Shown: positions 32,295 through 46,288 of the stretch, piece by piece
Position numbering within the stretch: the first letter of the stretch is position 1
Layout of the letters: each line of letters begins with the position of its first letter
Source of the DNA: Mycoplasma sp. CAG:877
GTDB taxonomy: Bacteria > Bacillota_I > Bacilli_A > RF39 > UBA660
NCBI GenBank assembly: GCA_000433455.1
Contig: HF992497.1
Coordinates: 5,809 to 69,808 of the forward strand
Direction of reading: 5' to 3'
Length of the DNA: 64,000 bases
Position numbers and translations under genes: made by a program
The notes under the pieces: generated by a model
Database searches by the model: none
Told to the model about the DNA's origin: nothing
The model's input: only the letters and a program-made list of their open reading frames with translations

Positions 32295-33533
32295 ATGAAA
32301 CTAGTTACATTAAATCAAGAACAATTTGATAGATACGCCAAAAATCATAGGTATAGAAGTTTTTATCAAACTACTGCCTATGGAAATTCAATGTTAAAAT
32401 TTGGATATAATGTACACTATTTTGGTATTGTCGATAAAAACAATTCTTTAATTGGTGCCACAATGATTATGTATAAAGCTGTTTTTATGAATAATAAGAT
32501 TGCTTATGCTCCAAGAGGAATATTATTTGACTATTCTGACTCTCAAAAAGTAAAAGAACTTGCCGAATGTCTAAAAAGTTTACTTGGGAAACAAGGATTT
32601 ATGCTTTTAAGAATGGATCCATATATTCCAATTAGTATTCATAGTAATGATGGTAATTTAATAAACATGAATAATCAAGAAAGTGTAATCCTAGAAAATC
32701 TTGCAACTGCAAAGTTTGAATACAAAGGTAAAAATCTATACTTTGAAAATGAAAAACCTAGATGGGAAGCTCTAGTTCTTCTAAATAAAAGTAATGATGA
32801 TTTATTCGATAGTTTTGATAAACGTACCAGAAACAAAATCAGAAAAGCAGCAAACTTAGGTATCGAAGTATATAAAGATCCTGAAAAAAATATAAAAAGT
32901 TTATACCCATTTATTAAAGCTAAAGAAAATAAACCAATTAATTACTTCCAAGAATTAGTAAATAATTTTAATGATACAATTGATATTTACTATGCCAAAA
33001 TAAATACTGAAACATTCATTGTAAACAGTCGTAAGATGTATGAATCAGAATTATTAAATAATGAACAATTAGCTGAACAAATTCAAAGTTATCCACCAAA
33101 CAACAAAGAAAGAGCAAACATCTTAAATAGAAAAATGGAGTCAGACAAACTAGTTAGTACATATAAAAATAACATGCTCATGGCAACAGAATTACTAAAG
33201 AAATATCCAGATGGTATGATTATAGGTGGTGCCATGGTTATCAACTTTGATAATGCAGCTTATATACTAACTGATGGCTTTAATGAAAAATTTTCATCTC
33301 TTAATGCTAGTTACTTAATAAAATGGCAAATGATTATGGATTATAATGCCCTAGGCTATAAATATTTAAATATGAATGCCGTAGTTGGAGAATTTGAAAA
33401 GAAAAATCCATACTCTGGTCTAAATGAAATGAAACTAGGTTTCAATACTTTAGTAACTGAATACATTGGAGAGTTTGATATAGTTCTAAATAATTTCACT
33501 TATAATTTATATAAAAGTTTCAATAAAAAATAA
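32295..33533 (+). CDS. FemAB-family peptidoglycan interpeptide-bridge aminoacyltransferase
   Basis: About 410 aa with two GNAT-like halves split by a coiled-coil insertion. Sequence looks FemA/FemX-like. Confidence 0.65.
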   Translation: MKLVTLNQEQFDRYAKNHRYRSFYQTTAYGNSMLKFGYNVHYFGIVDKNNSLIGATMIMYKAVFMNNKIAYAPRGILFDYSDSQKVKELAECLKSLLGKQGFMLLRMDPYIPISIHSNDGNLINMNNQESVILENLATAKFEYKGKNLYFENEKPRWEALVLLNKSNDDLFDSFDKRTRNKIRKAANLGIEVYKDPEKNIKSLYPFIKAKENKPINYFQELVNNFNDTIDIYYAKINTETFIVNSRKMYESELLNNEQLAEQIQSYPPNNKERANILNRKMESDKLVSTYKNNMLMATELLKKYPDGMIIGGAMVINFDNAAYILTDGFNEKFSSLNASYLIKWQMIMDYNALGYKYLNMNAVVGEFEKKNPYSGLNEMKLGFNTLVTEYIGEFDIVLNNFTYNLYKSFNKK

Positions 33534-33610
33534 AGGAAATACAAAATATGTATTTCCTTTTTATAAAGAAAAAAGTAGCTGTCTTTGACAACTACTTTTT
33601 GATTGCTATA

Positions 33611-34795
33611 TTAGCCAAGAATTTCTGTAACGTTACCAGCACCAACAGTACGTCCACCTTCACGGATAGAGAATTTAGTACCTTGTTCAAGTGCGATTGG
33701 GTGAATTAATTCAACCTCGATATTAACGTTATCACCTGGCATAACCATTTCTGTACCTTCTGGTAAAGTAATTACACCAGTTACGTCTGTAGTTCTAAAA
33801 TAGAATTGAGGACGATAGTTTGTGAAGAATGGAGTATGACGTCCACCTTCTTCTTTGCTTAGTACATAAACTGTAGCTTTGAATTTATGATGAGGTGTAA
33901 CACTTCCTGGTTTAGCAAGAACTTGTCCACGTTCAACTTCTTCACGAGAAATACCACGTAATAATACACCAGCATTGTCTCCTGCTTCAGCATAGTCTAA
34001 TTGTTTACGGAACATTTCGATTCCTGTAACAACTGTTTTCTTAGTTGGTTTAATACCAACGATTTCAACTTCATCGTTAAGTTTTAACATACCACGTTCA
34101 ACACGTCCAGTAACAACTGTACCACGACCAGTGATTGTGAATACGTCTTCAATACTCATTAAGAATGGTTTATCATTATCTCTTTCTGGAGTTGGAATCC
34201 ATTCATCAACAGCATCCATTAATTCATCAATTTTTCCTACCCATTCAGGATCTCCTTCAAGAGCCTTAAGAGCAGAACCACGAATAATTGGAGTGTTATC
34301 TCCATCGTAACCATATTCAGTTAATAAGTCACGAATTTCCATTTCTACTAAATCTAATAATTCAGGATCGTCAACCATATCACATTTATTCATGAAAACT
34401 ACCATTCTAGGTACTCCAACTTGACGAGCAAGTAAGATATGTTCACGAGTTTGTGCCATAGGTCCATCAGTAGCAGCAATAACTAAGATTGCTCCATCCA
34501 TTTGAGCAGCACCTGTAATCATGTTTTTAACATAATCAGCATGTCCTGGACAGTCAACATGTGCATAATGTCTCTTATCTGTACTATATTCAACATGTGC
34601 AGTGTTGATAGTAATACCACGTTCTCTTTCTTCTGGTGCTTTATCGATATTGTCGAATGCAACAGCTTCATTTCCATTCTTACCAGCTAAACATTTAGTA
34701 ATAGCAGCAGTTAATGTAGTTTTACCATGATCTACGTGTCCAATTGTACCAATATTAACATGTGGTTTTGAACGATCAAATTTTTGTTTTGCCAT
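33611..34795 (-). CDS. tuf: Elongation factor Tu
   Basis: '[10 protein letters not shown]', 'DCPGHADY', 'NKCD'. Start corrected to [10 protein letters not shown]. Confidence 0.95.
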   Translation of the reverse strand: MAKQKFDRSKPHVNIGTIGHVDHGKTTLTAAITKCLAGKNGNEAVAFDNIDKAPEERERGITINTAHVEYSTDKRHYAHVDCPGHADYVKNMITGAAQMDGAILVIAATDGPMAQTREHILLARQVGVPRMVVFMNKCDMVDDPELLDLVEMEIRDLLTEYGYDGDNTPIIRGSALKALEGDPEWVGKIDELMDAVDEWIPTPERDNDKPFLMSIEDVFTITGRGTVVTGRVERGMLKLNDEVEIVGIKPTKKTVVTGIEMFRKQLDYAEAGDNAGVLLRGISREEVERGQVLAKPGSVTPHHKFKATVYVLSKEEGGRHTPFFTNYRPQFYFRTTDVTGVITLPEGTEMVMPGDNVNIEVELIHPIALEQGTKFSIREGGRTVGAGNVTEILG

Positions 34796-34875
34796 ATTAT
34801 AATTCCTCCTTATATATACAAAATATATTTTATCTAATAATTGAAGTTTTTTCAACTATTTTGATACTAATTTAA

Positions 34876-36945
34876 TTAATTTCCACTTTTCTTAATAATT
34901 TCATCAGCAATATTTTTTGGAACTTCTTCATAATGATCTGGGAACATTACGAATGTTGCTCTACCTTGTGTATTAGAACGTAAGTTAGTAGCATATCCAA
35001 ACATTTCTGAAAGTGGAACCATAGCACTAAGTTTAACAGCATTACCTTGTGATTCTTGTCCTAATGGTTTACCACGACGAGAAGTTAAATCACCCATTAC
35101 ATTACCAAAATATTCATCTGGAGTAGTAACGTCAACCTTCATAATTGGTTCTAGTAATACTGGTTTACATTTATTCTTAGCTTCTTTTAATGCAAAGCTA
35201 GCAGCAATCTTAAATGCCATTTCGTTAGAGTCTACATCATGGTATGAACCATCGAATAATGTACACTTAACATCAATCATAGGATAACCTGCAAGTACAC
35301 CTGTTTGTAAAGCTTCTTGTAATCCTTTATCAACAACTGGTATGTATTCACGAGGAACAACACCACCAACGATTTGATCAACAAATTCGTATCCTTTATC
35401 TGGATTTGGCTCAAATTTAACCCAAACGTGTCCATATTGTCCACGTCCACCAGATTGTTTAATATACTTACCTTCACAATCAGCAGCTTGTCTAATTGTT
35501 TCACGATAAGCAACTTGAGGAGCACCAACATTAGCCTCAACACCAAATTCACGTCTCATACGATCTACTAATACGTCAAGGTGTAATTCACCCATACCAG
35601 CGATAACTGTTTGACCAGTTTCATGATCAGTATGAACTTTAAATGTTGGATCTTCTTCAGCTAATTTTTGTAAAGCTAGTGACATCTTAGCTTGATCAGC
35701 TTTTGACTTAGGTTCAACAGCTAATTGAATAACTGGTTCTGGAACAACTAAGCTTTCTAAAATAATTGGTTTCTTTTCATCACATAATGTATCACCAGTA
35801 GTAGTATTCTTTAATCCTACTGCAGCAGCGATATCACCAGTGTAAACATCACTAATTTCTTTACGAGTATTAGCATGCATTTGTAGTATACGTCCAATTC
35901 TTTCTTTAACATCTTTTGTAGAGTTAAGTACATAACTACCACTACTTAAATGTCCAGAATAAACTCTGAAGAAAGTTAAACGTCCAACAAATGGATCAGT
36001 CATAACTTTGAAAGCTAATGAACTAAATGGTTCATTATCATTAGGATGACGAACTTCTTCTTCACCTCTTAAATTATGACCCTTAATAGCCTCAGTATCA
36101 ACTGGGCTTGGTAAATAATCAATAACAGCATCAAGTAAAGGTCTAATACCTTTGTTACCTAAGGCATCTCCACACATAACTGGAAAGAACTCTGCCTTTA
36201 AGCATCCCTTACGAATTGCTCTCTTAATCATATCTACAGGAATTTCTTCTCCTTCTAGATATTTTTCCATCATTTCATCATCAAATTCAGCAACTGCCTC
36301 TAATAATTCAGCATGTTTAGCAGCTACTATATCTTTGATATCACTAGGTATTTCTATTTCAGTAGTATTTTCTTCTTGAGTACCATCAAACTCATAAGCT
36401 TTTTGAGTAAGGATATCAACAACACCACGGAAATTATCCTCAGCTCCAATTGGCCATTCAATTGGACAAGCATTAACACCTAATCTGTTTTTAATACTTT
36501 GTAAACTGTATGCAAAATCTGCACCCATTTTACCCATTTTATTAGCAAAAATAATTCTTGGAACACTGAATTCATCAGCTTGACGCCATACAGTTTCCAT
36601 TTGTGGTTCAACACCAGCTTGAGCATCAAGTAAAGCTACAGAACCATCTAAAACTCTTAAACTACGACTAACTTCAATAGTAAAATCTACGTGTCCTGGA
36701 GTATCGATTATATTACAACGATATCCATTCCAATAAGCAGTTGTAGCGGCAGAAGTAATAGTAATACCACGTTCTTTTTCTTGCTCCATCCAGTCCATTT
36801 GGCTTGCTCCATCATGAGTTTCACCAATTTTATGGATTTTACCAGCAAGATATAGAATACGTTCAGTAGTTGTAGTCTTACCAGCATCGATGTGAGCCAT
36901 AATACCAAAATTTCTTGTCTTATCTAAAGACGTATCTCTTGCCAT
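34876..36945 (-). CDS. fusA: Elongation factor G
   Basis: '[12 protein letters not shown]', 'DTPGHVDF' and full EF-G length. Confidence 0.95.
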   Translation of the reverse strand: MARDTSLDKTRNFGIMAHIDAGKTTTTERILYLAGKIHKIGETHDGASQMDWMEQEKERGITITSAATTAYWNGYRCNIIDTPGHVDFTIEVSRSLRVLDGSVALLDAQAGVEPQMETVWRQADEFSVPRIIFANKMGKMGADFAYSLQSIKNRLGVNACPIEWPIGAEDNFRGVVDILTQKAYEFDGTQEENTTEIEIPSDIKDIVAAKHAELLEAVAEFDDEMMEKYLEGEEIPVDMIKRAIRKGCLKAEFFPVMCGDALGNKGIRPLLDAVIDYLPSPVDTEAIKGHNLRGEEEVRHPNDNEPFSSLAFKVMTDPFVGRLTFFRVYSGHLSSGSYVLNSTKDVKERIGRILQMHANTRKEISDVYTGDIAAAVGLKNTTTGDTLCDEKKPIILESLVVPEPVIQLAVEPKSKADQAKMSLALQKLAEEDPTFKVHTDHETGQTVIAGMGELHLDVLVDRMRREFGVEANVGAPQVAYRETIRQAADCEGKYIKQSGGRGQYGHVWVKFEPNPDKGYEFVDQIVGGVVPREYIPVVDKGLQEALQTGVLAGYPMIDVKCTLFDGSYHDVDSNEMAFKIAASFALKEAKNKCKPVLLEPIMKVDVTTPDEYFGNVMGDLTSRRGKPLGQESQGNAVKLSAMVPLSEMFGYATNLRSNTQGRATFVMFPDHYEEVPKNIADEIIKKSGN

Positions 36946-36958
36946 ATTCTACCCTTTC

Positions 36959-37426
36959 CTACCATCTATAATGTGCGAAAGCCTTATTAGCTTCAGCCAT
37001 TCTATGAGTATCTTCACGTTTTTTAACAGCTGCACCTGTACCATTAGATGCATCAATTATTTCATTAGCTAAATTATCAGCCATTCCTCTACCACCACGG
37101 TCACGAGAATATTTAGTTAACCATCTTAAAGCTAAAGCTTGGCTTCTAGCAGGTGTAACTTCTATAGGTACTTGATAGTTAGAACCACCAACACGACGAC
37201 TCTTAACTTCAAGTTGTGGTTTGATATTTTCCATAGCAGCATTAAATACTTCTAGTGGATCTTTACCAGTCTTGTTCTTAATTTTGTCAAATGCTTCATA
37301 AACTATTGTTTGAGCTGTACCTTTTTTACCATCTAACATAATAGTATTAATTAGTTTAGCAACTACTTTTGACTTATATATTGGATCTGGTAAAATGTCT
37401 CTTTTAACTGCACGTCTCTTACGCAT
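36959..37426 (-). CDS. rpsG: 30S ribosomal protein S7
   Basis: Near-universal S7 sequence. Confidence 0.95.
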   Translation of the reverse strand: MRKRRAVKRDILPDPIYKSKVVAKLINTIMLDGKKGTAQTIVYEAFDKIKNKTGKDPLEVFNAAMENIKPQLEVKSRRVGGSNYQVPIEVTPARSQALALRWLTKYSRDRGGRGMADNLANEIIDASNGTGAAVKKREDTHRMAEANKAFAHYRW

Positions 37427-37455
37427 TTTAATTTCCTCCCTTCACTTACTTATTT

Positions 37456-37866
37456 TTACTTAGGTCTTTTAGCACCGTATTTACTACGACCTTGCTTACG
37501 ATCTTTAACACCAGCAGTATCTAATGTACCACGAATAATATGATAACGTACACCGATTAAGTCCTTAACACGTCCACCACGAATTAAAACAACACTATGC
37601 TCTTGTAAGTTATGTCCAATACCAGGTATATAAGTATCTACTTCTTTACCGTTAGATAAACGAACACGAGCATACTTACGTAATGCTGAGTTTGGCTTTT
37701 TAGGTGTCTTAGTACCAACACGAGTACAAACTCCACGTTTTTGAGGAGAATTAACATCAGTTGCTTTATTTTGAATAGTATTAATTCCAACTCCAAGAAC
37801 AGGTGCTTTACTCTTTCTTACCTTATCTTTACGATTTTTATGAACTAATTGGTTAATTGTAGGCAT
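37456..37866 (-). CDS. rpsL: 30S ribosomal protein S12
   Basis: 'MPTINQLV...[12 protein letters not shown]'. Confidence 0.95.
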   Translation of the reverse strand: MPTINQLVHKNRKDKVRKSKAPVLGVGINTIQNKATDVNSPQKRGVCTRVGTKTPKKPNSALRKYARVRLSNGKEVDTYIPGIGHNLQEHSVVLIRGGRVKDLIGVRYHIIRGTLDTAGVKDRKQGRSKYGAKRPK

Positions 37867-38035
37867 AAAATATATCTCCTTTCTTTACACATATCCAGGT
37901 GTATCATTTTACCCTTTAAATAAAACTTTGCACAAGCAAAGATATTTAACAGCAAGAATAATATAACACTATCCACAATTAAAGTCAACAAATATTTATA
38001 AAATATTTATATGTAAATAAGAAAAAAATATACAT

Positions 38036-38065
38036 AAAAAAAATAGATAGAAAATGCCTATCTAT
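38036..38065 (-). terminator. Bidirectional-looking Rho-independent terminator between the DUF5684-like gene and rpsL
   Basis: Stem ATAGATAG / CTATCTAT with loop AAAATGC. Flanked by A-runs on one side and T-runs on the other. Confidence 0.6.
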
Positions 38066-38074
38066 TTTATAAAA

Positions 38075-38809
38075 CTATTTATTATTACGTTTCTTTAACA
38101 ACTTATTACCATAGTAATCAAGTAATGTTCCACCTATCGCAACACCAGCAAAAACTAATGAAAAATATAAAACAAATTCAGGTTCCCAAATAAGTTCAAA
38201 TATAAACGACTTTGGCATATCCATTAAAAATATATAAGCAAATATATAAAATTCAATCATAACACAAAAAATCATAAATACATTAGTAATACATCTTTCA
38301 CCTACAGTAATTTTTCTACTATAAAACTCCTCATCAAATACAGTCTTATCTATCTTAACAAATCTGTGCCATTTATAATCATCACTTAATCCAATAAAAG
38401 GTATAGAAATAAATGGAACAAAAGTTAAAGAAAATACTGTAAAATAACCAGTTTTAAACTTTTTACTATATAAATAATTAGCTTTCCAAGATAAAAGAAT
38501 ATAAAATATCAAGCTTGCTGTTTCTATAAAAGTACAAACTCCAACAAACTCTCTAGCCTTAGAAAAAATTAATGATAATACAAAAAACACTAAAAATGTA
38601 ACTAAAAAAGAAACTGGAAAGATTTCCTTTTGCTTAGCTCTTTTAAAATAAATTGCTTCTGAATAAATAGGTATTAATCCTTTCCAACCATCCTCCCCAA
38701 TTTTTTTAAAGAAATAATATTTTCCTAAAAAATAATACACTAAATACAAAAGAATAAAAATCCATACAACTATAGCTGACGGATTAAAACTAAATAAAAA
38801 TCTTCCCAC
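38075..38809 (-). CDS. DUF5684-like polytopic membrane protein
   Basis: 'GEDGWKGLIPIYSEAIYFKRA' resembles the G-W-x-x-[FL]-IP-x-[YN] motif of DUF5684. Five or six TM segments. Confidence 0.4.
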   Translation of the reverse strand: MGRFLFSFNPSAIVVWIFILLYLVYYFLGKYYFFKKIGEDGWKGLIPIYSEAIYFKRAKQKEIFPVSFLVTFLVFFVLSLIFSKAREFVGVCTFIETASLIFYILLSWKANYLYSKKFKTGYFTVFSLTFVPFISIPFIGLSDDYKWHRFVKIDKTVFDEEFYSRKITVGERCITNVFMIFCVMIEFYIFAYIFLMDMPKSFIFELIWEPEFVLYFSLVFAGVAIGGTLLDYYGNKLLKKRNNK

Positions 38810-38906
38810 ACTACCAACTCCTATACTACTATATCTACATTATAACTATAAACAAATATATTTACAAGAAAAAAAAACAGAACACATCACTGTGTTCTGT
38901 AAACTA

Positions 38907-41900
38907 TTATTCCATAAATTGATCTTCTAGTTTTTCTAATGGTTCATCATCCATAAATTCTGTTTTTAATTCATAGTCAACATCACGATAATTCTTAGCT
39001 CCAGTACCTGCTGGAATTAATTTACCAATAATAACATTTTCTTTTAATCCAGATAACGGATCAACTTTTCCCTTAATAGCGGCATCTGTTAAAATTCTAG
39101 TTGTCTCTTGGAATGATGCAGCTGATAAGAATGAATCAGTCTCAAGCGCAGCCTTAGTAATACCAAGTAATAGTGGAACCCCACGTGCTGGTTTTTTACC
39201 TTTAATAACTGCATCTTTATTACCATCTGTAAATTCACGGAAGTTAACTAAACTACCTGGTAAGAATCTTGTATCACCAGATTCAACAATTCTAATCTTA
39301 GAAATCATACGTCTAGCAATAACTTCGATATGTTTATCTGAAATATCAACACCTTGAGAACGGTATGTATTTTGAACTTCTTTTAAGATATATTCTTGTG
39401 TTGTTAATGGATCTGTAACTGCAAGTAATTCTTTAGGGCTAATAGCACCTTCAGTAAGTCTATCTCCACAGTGTACCTCAGTTCCTTTATCAACACATAA
39501 TTTAGCACCATAATTAGTTACATGTTCTTTTGTCTCTAATTTATTAGTAATACTAATCTTGTATTTACCATGGTCTTCTTTAATCTTAGAAACTGTACCA
39601 TCAATCTCAGCAATAGTTGCTTTTCCTTTTGGATTACGAGCTTCAAATAACTCTTGTACACGAGGAAGACCTTGAGTGATATCTTCAACACCTGCAACAC
39701 CACCAGTATGGAATGTACGCATTGTAAGCTGAGTACCAGGTTCACCAATTGATTGAGCAGCCATAACACCTACAGCTTCTCCTATTTCAACTAAGTTACC
39801 TGTTGCTAAGTTACGTCCATAACATTTTTGACATACACCATTTACTGTACCACAAGTTAAAATTGTACGAATTTCTACTTCTTTAACACCTGCAGCAATT
39901 ACTTTATCAGCTAGGGACTCAGTAATCATTTGTAATTTATCAACAATAACTTCTTTAGTTTCAGGATTAATAATCTTCTTATTAGCAAATCTACCAATAA
40001 TACGATCTCTTAAACTTTCAATAACTGAACCAGTCTTTTCGTTGATAAAGTCATGTACTACAACACCCTGGTCAGTACCACAATCTTCTTCACGAACGAT
40101 CATATCTTGACTAACATCAACTAAACGACGAGTTAAGTATCCAGAGTCTGCAGTCTTTAAAGCTGTATCTGCTAAACCTTTACGAGTACCATGTGTAGAT
40201 AAGAAGAATTCAGCAACAGATAATCCTTCAATGAAGTTTGAAAGAACTGGAATTTCTACTGAAGAACCATCTGGTTTTGCCATGATACCACGCATACCAG
40301 CAACTTGAGTAAAGTTAGAAATGTTACCACGAGCCTTAGAATGCATCATCATGAAGATTGGATTATCAACATCACTCTTAGCTATTTCTTCAAGTTCTGC
40401 TTGAACTTGATCCTTAGCAGCATTCCAAGTTTCAATTACTTTATTGTAACGTTCCTCTTCAGTAATTAAACCACGTTTATACTGTTTATTGATCTTATCA
40501 ACTAATTTTTGACTTTCAGCAACAACTTCATTCTTATGCTTACTAGTAACAACATCAGCCATACTAACAGTAATACCTGCTAAAGTTGAATATTTGAAAC
40601 CTAAGTCTTTTAAGTTATCAAGCATTGTAGAAGTCTCAGTAGTTTTATAACGTTTAAATACTTGAGCAATTATCTTTTCTAATGTACCCTTTGCAAAAGG
40701 CTTTACTAATGGCATTTCTTTAATAGCCTCAGGTATATTAGTACCCTTCTCTAAGAAATACTTATTAGGAGTAATATTAGAAATATTATCATCTGTTGGT
40801 TCATTTATAAAAGCAAATGAATCAGGTAAGATTTCATTAAATTTAATTTTACCAACAGTAGTAACTAAGTATTTACCTTTTTGACTCTCAGTAAATAATT
40901 TATATTTGAATGAATCAACTGGTACTGCAATTCTTGCATGTAAAGTTAATTCTCTACGTTCATAAGCCATTAAAGCTTCATTTGTATTCTTAAATACTCT
41001 TCCTTCTCCAACTTCTCCAGCCTTTTCCATAGTTATATAGTAGTTACCTAAAACCATGTCTTGTGATGGAGTAACGATTGGATCTCCTGATTTTGGATGA
41101 AGAATATTGTTAGAACCAAGCATTAATAATCTTGCTTCAGCTTGTGCTTCTTCTGATAATGGAACGTGTACAGCCATCTGGTCACCATCGAAGTCTGCAT
41201 TGAATGCTGGACAAACCAATGGGTGTAGACGAATTGCCTTTCCACCAACTAAGATTGGTTCAAATGCTTGAATACCTAATCTATGTAATGTAGGAGCACG
41301 GTTAAGCATAACTGGATGCTCTTTAATTACTTCTTCAACAACATCCCAAACAACAGGATCTTGATTTTCAATTAATCTCTTAGCAGCTTTAATATTATGA
41401 GCGATATCTTTAGAAACTAAACCATGAATAACATGTGGTTTAAATAATTCCAAAGCCATTTCTTTAGGAATACCACATTGATACATTTTTAAACTTGGTC
41501 CAACAACGATAACTGAACGGCCAGAATAATCAACACGTTTTCCTAATAAGTTTTGACGGAAACGACCTTGTTTACCTTTTAACATACTAGATAATGATTT
41601 TAAAGGTCTATTCCCTGCTCCTGTTACACTTCTACCACGACGTCCATTATCAAATAATGAGTCAACAGCTTCTTGTAACATACGTTTTTCATTTTGAATA
41701 ATGATAGTTGGAGCTCCTAAATCAATAAGTTTCTTTAAACGATTATTACGGTTAATAACACGACGATATAAATCATTCAAATCACTAGTAGCAAATCTAC
41801 CACCATCAAGTTGAATCATTGGTCTTAATTCTGGTGGAATAACTGGAATACAATCCATAATCATCCATTCAGGTTTATTACCAGATGTATAGAAAGCATC

Positions 41901-42539
41901 TAAAACATCAAGTCTCTTAAGTAATCTAGTTCTCTTTTGACCTTGAGCAGTCTCAAGTTCTTTAGTAATTTCATCGATTTCTTTCTTTAAATCAACTTTC
42001 TTTAATAGTTCTTTAATAGCTTCTGCACCCATACCAACTCTAAAACCAGTACCATATTTTTCATAATAAGCACGATATTCTTTTTCAGATAAAGTTTGCT
42101 TATTTTCAAGTGGTGCATTACCTTTATCAATAACTACATAACTAACAAAGTATAATACTTCCTCCAAATCCCTTGGACTCATATCAAGTACAAGTCCCAT
42201 ACGAGAAGGAACACCCTTAAAGAACCAAATATGAGATACTGGAGTTGCTAACTCAATATGTCCCATACGTTCACGACGAACTTTAGAACGAGTAACTTCA
42301 ACTCCACATCTATCACATACTATATTTTTATAACGAACTCTCTTATATTTACCACAAGCACATTCAAAGTCCTTAGTTGGTCCAAATATCTTTTCACAGA
42401 AAAGTCCATCTCTTTCAGGTCTAAGTGTACGATAATTGATAGTTTCAGGTTTTTTTACTTCTCCATAAGACCATTCACGAATTTTTTCAGGAGAAGCGAT
42501 ACCAATTTTTAATGCATCAAATTTATTTACCTCTATCAT
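38907..42539 (-). CDS. rpoC: DNA-directed RNA polymerase subunit beta'
   Basis: '[12 protein letters not shown]' and a zinc finger '[23 protein letters not shown]'. Confidence 0.97.
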   Translation of the reverse strand: MIEVNKFDALKIGIASPEKIREWSYGEVKKPETINYRTLRPERDGLFCEKIFGPTKDFECACGKYKRVRYKNIVCDRCGVEVTRSKVRRERMGHIELATPVSHIWFFKGVPSRMGLVLDMSPRDLEEVLYFVSYVVIDKGNAPLENKQTLSEKEYRAYYEKYGTGFRVGMGAEAIKELLKKVDLKKEIDEITKELETAQGQKRTRLLKRLDVLDAFYTSGNKPEWMIMDCIPVIPPELRPMIQLDGGRFATSDLNDLYRRVINRNNRLKKLIDLGAPTIIIQNEKRMLQEAVDSLFDNGRRGRSVTGAGNRPLKSLSSMLKGKQGRFRQNLLGKRVDYSGRSVIVVGPSLKMYQCGIPKEMALELFKPHVIHGLVSKDIAHNIKAAKRLIENQDPVVWDVVEEVIKEHPVMLNRAPTLHRLGIQAFEPILVGGKAIRLHPLVCPAFNADFDGDQMAVHVPLSEEAQAEARLLMLGSNNILHPKSGDPIVTPSQDMVLGNYYITMEKAGEVGEGRVFKNTNEALMAYERRELTLHARIAVPVDSFKYKLFTESQKGKYLVTTVGKIKFNEILPDSFAFINEPTDDNISNITPNKYFLEKGTNIPEAIKEMPLVKPFAKGTLEKIIAQVFKRYKTTETSTMLDNLKDLGFKYSTLAGITVSMADVVTSKHKNEVVAESQKLVDKINKQYKRGLITEEERYNKVIETWNAAKDQVQAELEEIAKSDVDNPIFMMMHSKARGNISNFTQVAGMRGIMAKPDGSSVEIPVLSNFIEGLSVAEFFLSTHGTRKGLADTALKTADSGYLTRRLVDVSQDMIVREEDCGTDQGVVVHDFINEKTGSVIESLRDRIIGRFANKKIINPETKEVIVDKLQMITESLADKVIAAGVKEVEIRTILTCGTVNGVCQKCYGRNLATGNLVEIGEAVGVMAAQSIGEPGTQLTMRTFHTGGVAGVEDITQGLPRVQELFEARNPKGKATIAEIDGTVSKIKEDHGKYKISITNKLETKEHVTNYGAKLCVDKGTEVHCGDRLTEGAISPKELLAVTDPLTTQEYILKEVQNTYRSQGVDISDKHIEVIARRMISKIRIVESGDTRFLPGSLVNFREFTDGNKDAVIKGKKPARGVPLLLGITKAALETDSFLSAASFQETTRILTDAAIKGKVDPLSGLKENVIIGKLIPAGTGAKNYRDVDYELKTEFMDDEPLEKLEDQFME

Positions 42540-45500
42540 TAAAACTCAGCTCCTTCCTCAAAATCTTCATTCTCATCAAATTCATCACTCATAAAATCAT
42601 CATAATTTTCACCAAAATCTGGTTCTTCATCCTCTTCATCTTCTTCGTCATCATCAGAATAATCATCTTCTAATGAATCGTCTGAAGAATCAGGCATTAA
42701 ATCAGGAACTGGAGTAGATTCAAACTCTTCTATACTTGAGTTATTATCTTCTCTATCCTCAGCTTCTTCTATTTCTTTTAACTGTAATGTTTCACCATTA
42801 TCATTAATTATAGAAATATCAAGTCCTAAAGCTTGGAACTCTTTCATTAATACTCTAAATGATTCTGGAACACCAGCTTGATTAATTTCTTGACCTTTAA
42901 TAATTGATTCATAAACTTTAACACGTCCAATTACATCATCTGATTTAACTGTTAAAATTTCTTGTAATGTATGAGCAGCACCATATGCATATAATGCCCA
43001 AACTTCCATTTCACCAAATCTCTGTCCACCGAATTGAGCTTTACCACCAAGTGGTTGTTGTGTAACTAATGAGTAAGGTCCAGTAGAACGAGCATGTAAT
43101 TTATCATCAACCATGTGATGTAATTTAATCATATACATTACACCAACAGCGATTCTATGATCAAATGGATCACCTGTACGACCATCATATAGAACAGTCT
43201 TACCATCTTCATCCATTCCTGCTTCCTTCATCATATCTTTAATATCACTAATATGAGCACCATCGAATACTGGAGTAGCAATATGTACACCAAGTTTTTT
43301 ACAAGCCATACCCATATGGATTTCAAGAATCTGTCCAAAGTTCATACGAGAAGGAACACCTTGTGGATTTAACATAATATCAACTGGAGTACCATCTGGT
43401 AAATATGGCATATCTTCTTGTGGAAGAATAAGTGAAATAACACCCTTATTACCATGACGTCCAGACATCTTATCTCCAACTTGAATCTTACGTTTTTGAA
43501 TTATATAAACACGAATTACTTTACTAACACCAGCAGGTAATTCATCATTATCTTTACGAGAATAAATCTTAATATCATGAACGATACCATCACCACCATG
43601 TGGAACACGTAATGATGTATCACGAACTTCACGAGTCTTCTCACCAAAGATTGCATGTAGTAATTTTTCCTCAGAAGTAAGTTCAGCCATACCCTTAGGA
43701 GTAACTTTACCAACTAAGATATCTCCTTCTCTAACTTCTGTACCAATAGTAATAATACCATTTTCATCCAAATTACGACGAGCCTCTTCAGAAACATTAG
43801 GAATATCTCTTGTAATTTCTTCGGGTCCTAATTTAGTTTCACGACATTGCATCTCATAATCTTCAAGATGTAATGAAGTAAATTTATCATCTTTAACCAA
43901 ATTTTCATTTAAGATAACAGCATCCTCATAGTTATAACCATTAAATGTCATGAAAGCAACTGTCATATTCTTACCTAAAGCAAGTTCTCCCTTATCAGTA
44001 GAGTTACCATCAGCAAGAATAGTCTTATCAGCTTTAACAACATCACCAGGATGAACTATAGGTCTTTGATGTGAACAAATACTAGAGTTTGCTAATTCGA
44101 AGTTCTGTAATCTATAAGTTTCTTTTCCTTCTTTAGTCTTAACAACTACCTTCTTAGCATCTGCATATTCAACAATACCATCGTTTTTAGCAACAACTTC
44201 AACACCAGAATCCTTAGCAGCTATATATTCAACACCAGTTCCAACAAATGGAGCCTCAGTCTTAATTAATGGCATAGCCTGACGTTGCATGTTAGCACCC
44301 ATTGAAGCACGAGTCGCATCATCATGCTCTAGGAATGGAATACAACTTGTTGTAACTGAAACAACTTGTTGTGGACTAACGTCAATATAATCAACTTGTT
44401 CAGGTTTTGCTAAAATATTTTCACCACGGAAACGAGCATTAACTTGTTCACTTATAATTTTATTGTTTTCATCAGTTTCAACTGTAGATTGTGAAATAAT
44501 ATAATCAAGTTCTTCATCTGCAGTTAAGTAATGTACATCATCAGTAATTTGACAATCTACTACTTTACGATATGGAGACATAACGAAACCATACTCATCA
44601 ATCTTTGCATAACTAGCAAGTGAAGTAATAAGTCCAATGTTTGGTCCTTCAGGAGACTCAATTGGACAAATACGTCCATAGTGAGAACTATTAACGTCAC
44701 GTACTTCAACACCAGCACGATCACGAGAAAGTCCACCAGGTCCTAATGCAGAAAGACGACGTTTATTAGTAAGTTCAGCAATAGGATTTGTTTGATCCAT
44801 GAATTGTGATAATTGTGAACTACCAAAGAATTCTTTCATAGCAGCAGTAACTGGACGAATATTAATTAAAGTCTTAGGAGTAACTTCTTCCATTTCTTGA
44901 GTAGTCATTCTCTCACGAACAACTCTCTCCATTCTAGAAACACCAATTCTAAATTGATTTTGTAAAAGTTCTCCAACTTGACGAATACGTCTATTTCCTA
45001 AATGGTCAATTTCATCAAAGTTTCCTACCCCTTGTAATAAATTTAAGTAATAAGATACAGATGCATAAACATCAGAAATAGTTAAACGTTTAACTTCAAT
45101 ACTTTGATCATTTCCAATAACATCAAGTTTCTTTTTCTTATCATTAGGACTAAAGATCTTAACGATTTGTACTTTGTTATATTGGTCTAATTCTTCATTA
45201 ACTTTAACTTCAGTTAAACCAAACCCATTAGCTAATGCCTCTTTTAAGATATCCATATTAGCCTTAGTTATTTGAGTTCCCTTCTCTAAAACAACTTCAC
45301 CATTATTAGTAATATCTTCAGCAATAACTTGATTTAATAAACGATCTGCTACATTTAATTTACGATTAAATTTATAACGACCAACTTTTGCTAAATCATA
45401 TCTAAATTCATCAAAGAATCTAGTAATGATTTGGTTCTTAGAAGAATCAAGTGTAACTGGTTCTCCTGGTCTTAATTTTTCATAAATTTCGATTAATGCT

Positions 45501-46192
45501 TCATCTGTATTCTTAGTAGAATCTTTAGCAATAGTATTCTTTAAATACTCATCTTCACCAAACATCTTAAAGATATCTTCATCAGTAGATAATCCAAATG
45601 CTCTAAGTAAAGTAGTTAAAGTTACTTTTCTAGTACGATCAATACGTACATATAATACATCTCTAGCATCAGTCTCAAACTCTAACCAAGTACCACGAGT
45701 TGGTATGATTTGAGAAGTAATTAATTCACGACCAGACTTATCAATCTCACGATTAAAGTATACACTTGGAGAACGAACTAATTGTGAAACGATAACACGT
45801 TCAGCACCATTAATTACAAATGTACCAGAATCTGTCATCATAGGCATATCACCCATGAAGATTTCTTGTTCTTTTACTTCACCTGTCTCACGGTTAAATA
45901 AACGAACTTCAACTCTTAATGGAGCAGCATAAGTACTCTCACGATCTTTACTTTCTTTAATTGAATATCTTGGTTCATCAAAATGATAATCTCCAAATTC
46001 AAGTGATAAAGTTCCAGAGAAATTCTCTACTGGAAATAGATCTTCAAATACTTCTTTTATTCCTGTATCAAGGAACCATTTGTATGATTTTTTTTGAATT
46101 TCCAACAAATCTTTTAATTCGTAGGTATTTCTAATTTTAGAGAAATTTCTTCTCTCACGGTAGTCACCTGATTTTACTATTTTATATGACAC
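42539..46192 (-). CDS. rpoB: DNA-directed RNA polymerase subunit beta, with an unusual poly-acidic C-terminal tail
   Basis: Canonical beta-subunit blocks throughout. C-terminal ~60 aa '[50 protein letters not shown]'. Confidence 0.97.
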   Translation of the reverse strand: MSYKIVKSGDYRERRNFSKIRNTYELKDLLEIQKKSYKWFLDTGIKEVFEDLFPVENFSGTLSLEFGDYHFDEPRYSIKESKDRESTYAAPLRVEVRLFNRETGEVKEQEIFMGDMPMMTDSGTFVINGAERVIVSQLVRSPSVYFNREIDKSGRELITSQIIPTRGTWLEFETDARDVLYVRIDRTRKVTLTTLLRAFGLSTDEDIFKMFGEDEYLKNTIAKDSTKNTDEALIEIYEKLRPGEPVTLDSSKNQIITRFFDEFRYDLAKVGRYKFNRKLNVADRLLNQVIAEDITNNGEVVLEKGTQITKANMDILKEALANGFGLTEVKVNEELDQYNKVQIVKIFSPNDKKKKLDVIGNDQSIEVKRLTISDVYASVSYYLNLLQGVGNFDEIDHLGNRRIRQVGELLQNQFRIGVSRMERVVRERMTTQEMEEVTPKTLINIRPVTAAMKEFFGSSQLSQFMDQTNPIAELTNKRRLSALGPGGLSRDRAGVEVRDVNSSHYGRICPIESPEGPNIGLITSLASYAKIDEYGFVMSPYRKVVDCQITDDVHYLTADEELDYIISQSTVETDENNKIISEQVNARFRGENILAKPEQVDYIDVSPQQVVSVTTSCIPFLEHDDATRASMGANMQRQAMPLIKTEAPFVGTGVEYIAAKDSGVEVVAKNDGIVEYADAKKVVVKTKEGKETYRLQNFELANSSICSHQRPIVHPGDVVKADKTILADGNSTDKGELALGKNMTVAFMTFNGYNYEDAVILNENLVKDDKFTSLHLEDYEMQCRETKLGPEEITRDIPNVSEEARRNLDENGIITIGTEVREGDILVGKVTPKGMAELTSEEKLLHAIFGEKTREVRDTSLRVPHGGDGIVHDIKIYSRKDNDELPAGVSKVIRVYIIQKRKIQVGDKMSGRHGNKGVISLILPQEDMPYLPDGTPVDIMLNPQGVPSRMNFGQILEIHMGMACKKLGVHIATPVFDGAHISDIKDMMKEAGMDEDGKTVLYDGRTGDPFDHRIAVGVMYMIKLHHMVDDKLHARSTGPYSLVTQQPLGGKAQFGGQRFGEMEVWALYAYGAAHTLQEILTVKSDDVIGRVKVYESIIKGQEINQAGVPESFRVLMKEFQALGLDISIINDNGETLQLKEIEEAEDREDNNSSIEEFESTPVPDLMPDSSDDSLEDDYSDDDEEDEEDEEPDFGENYDDFMSDEFDENEDFEEGAEF

Positions 46193-46288
46193 TCTTTTTC
46201 ACCCCACACAATATTTTTTCTGATAGATTTTTGTTAATAAAACAAAGTCAGCAACCTATATTATCTACTTAAGATAATAACTTGTCAA

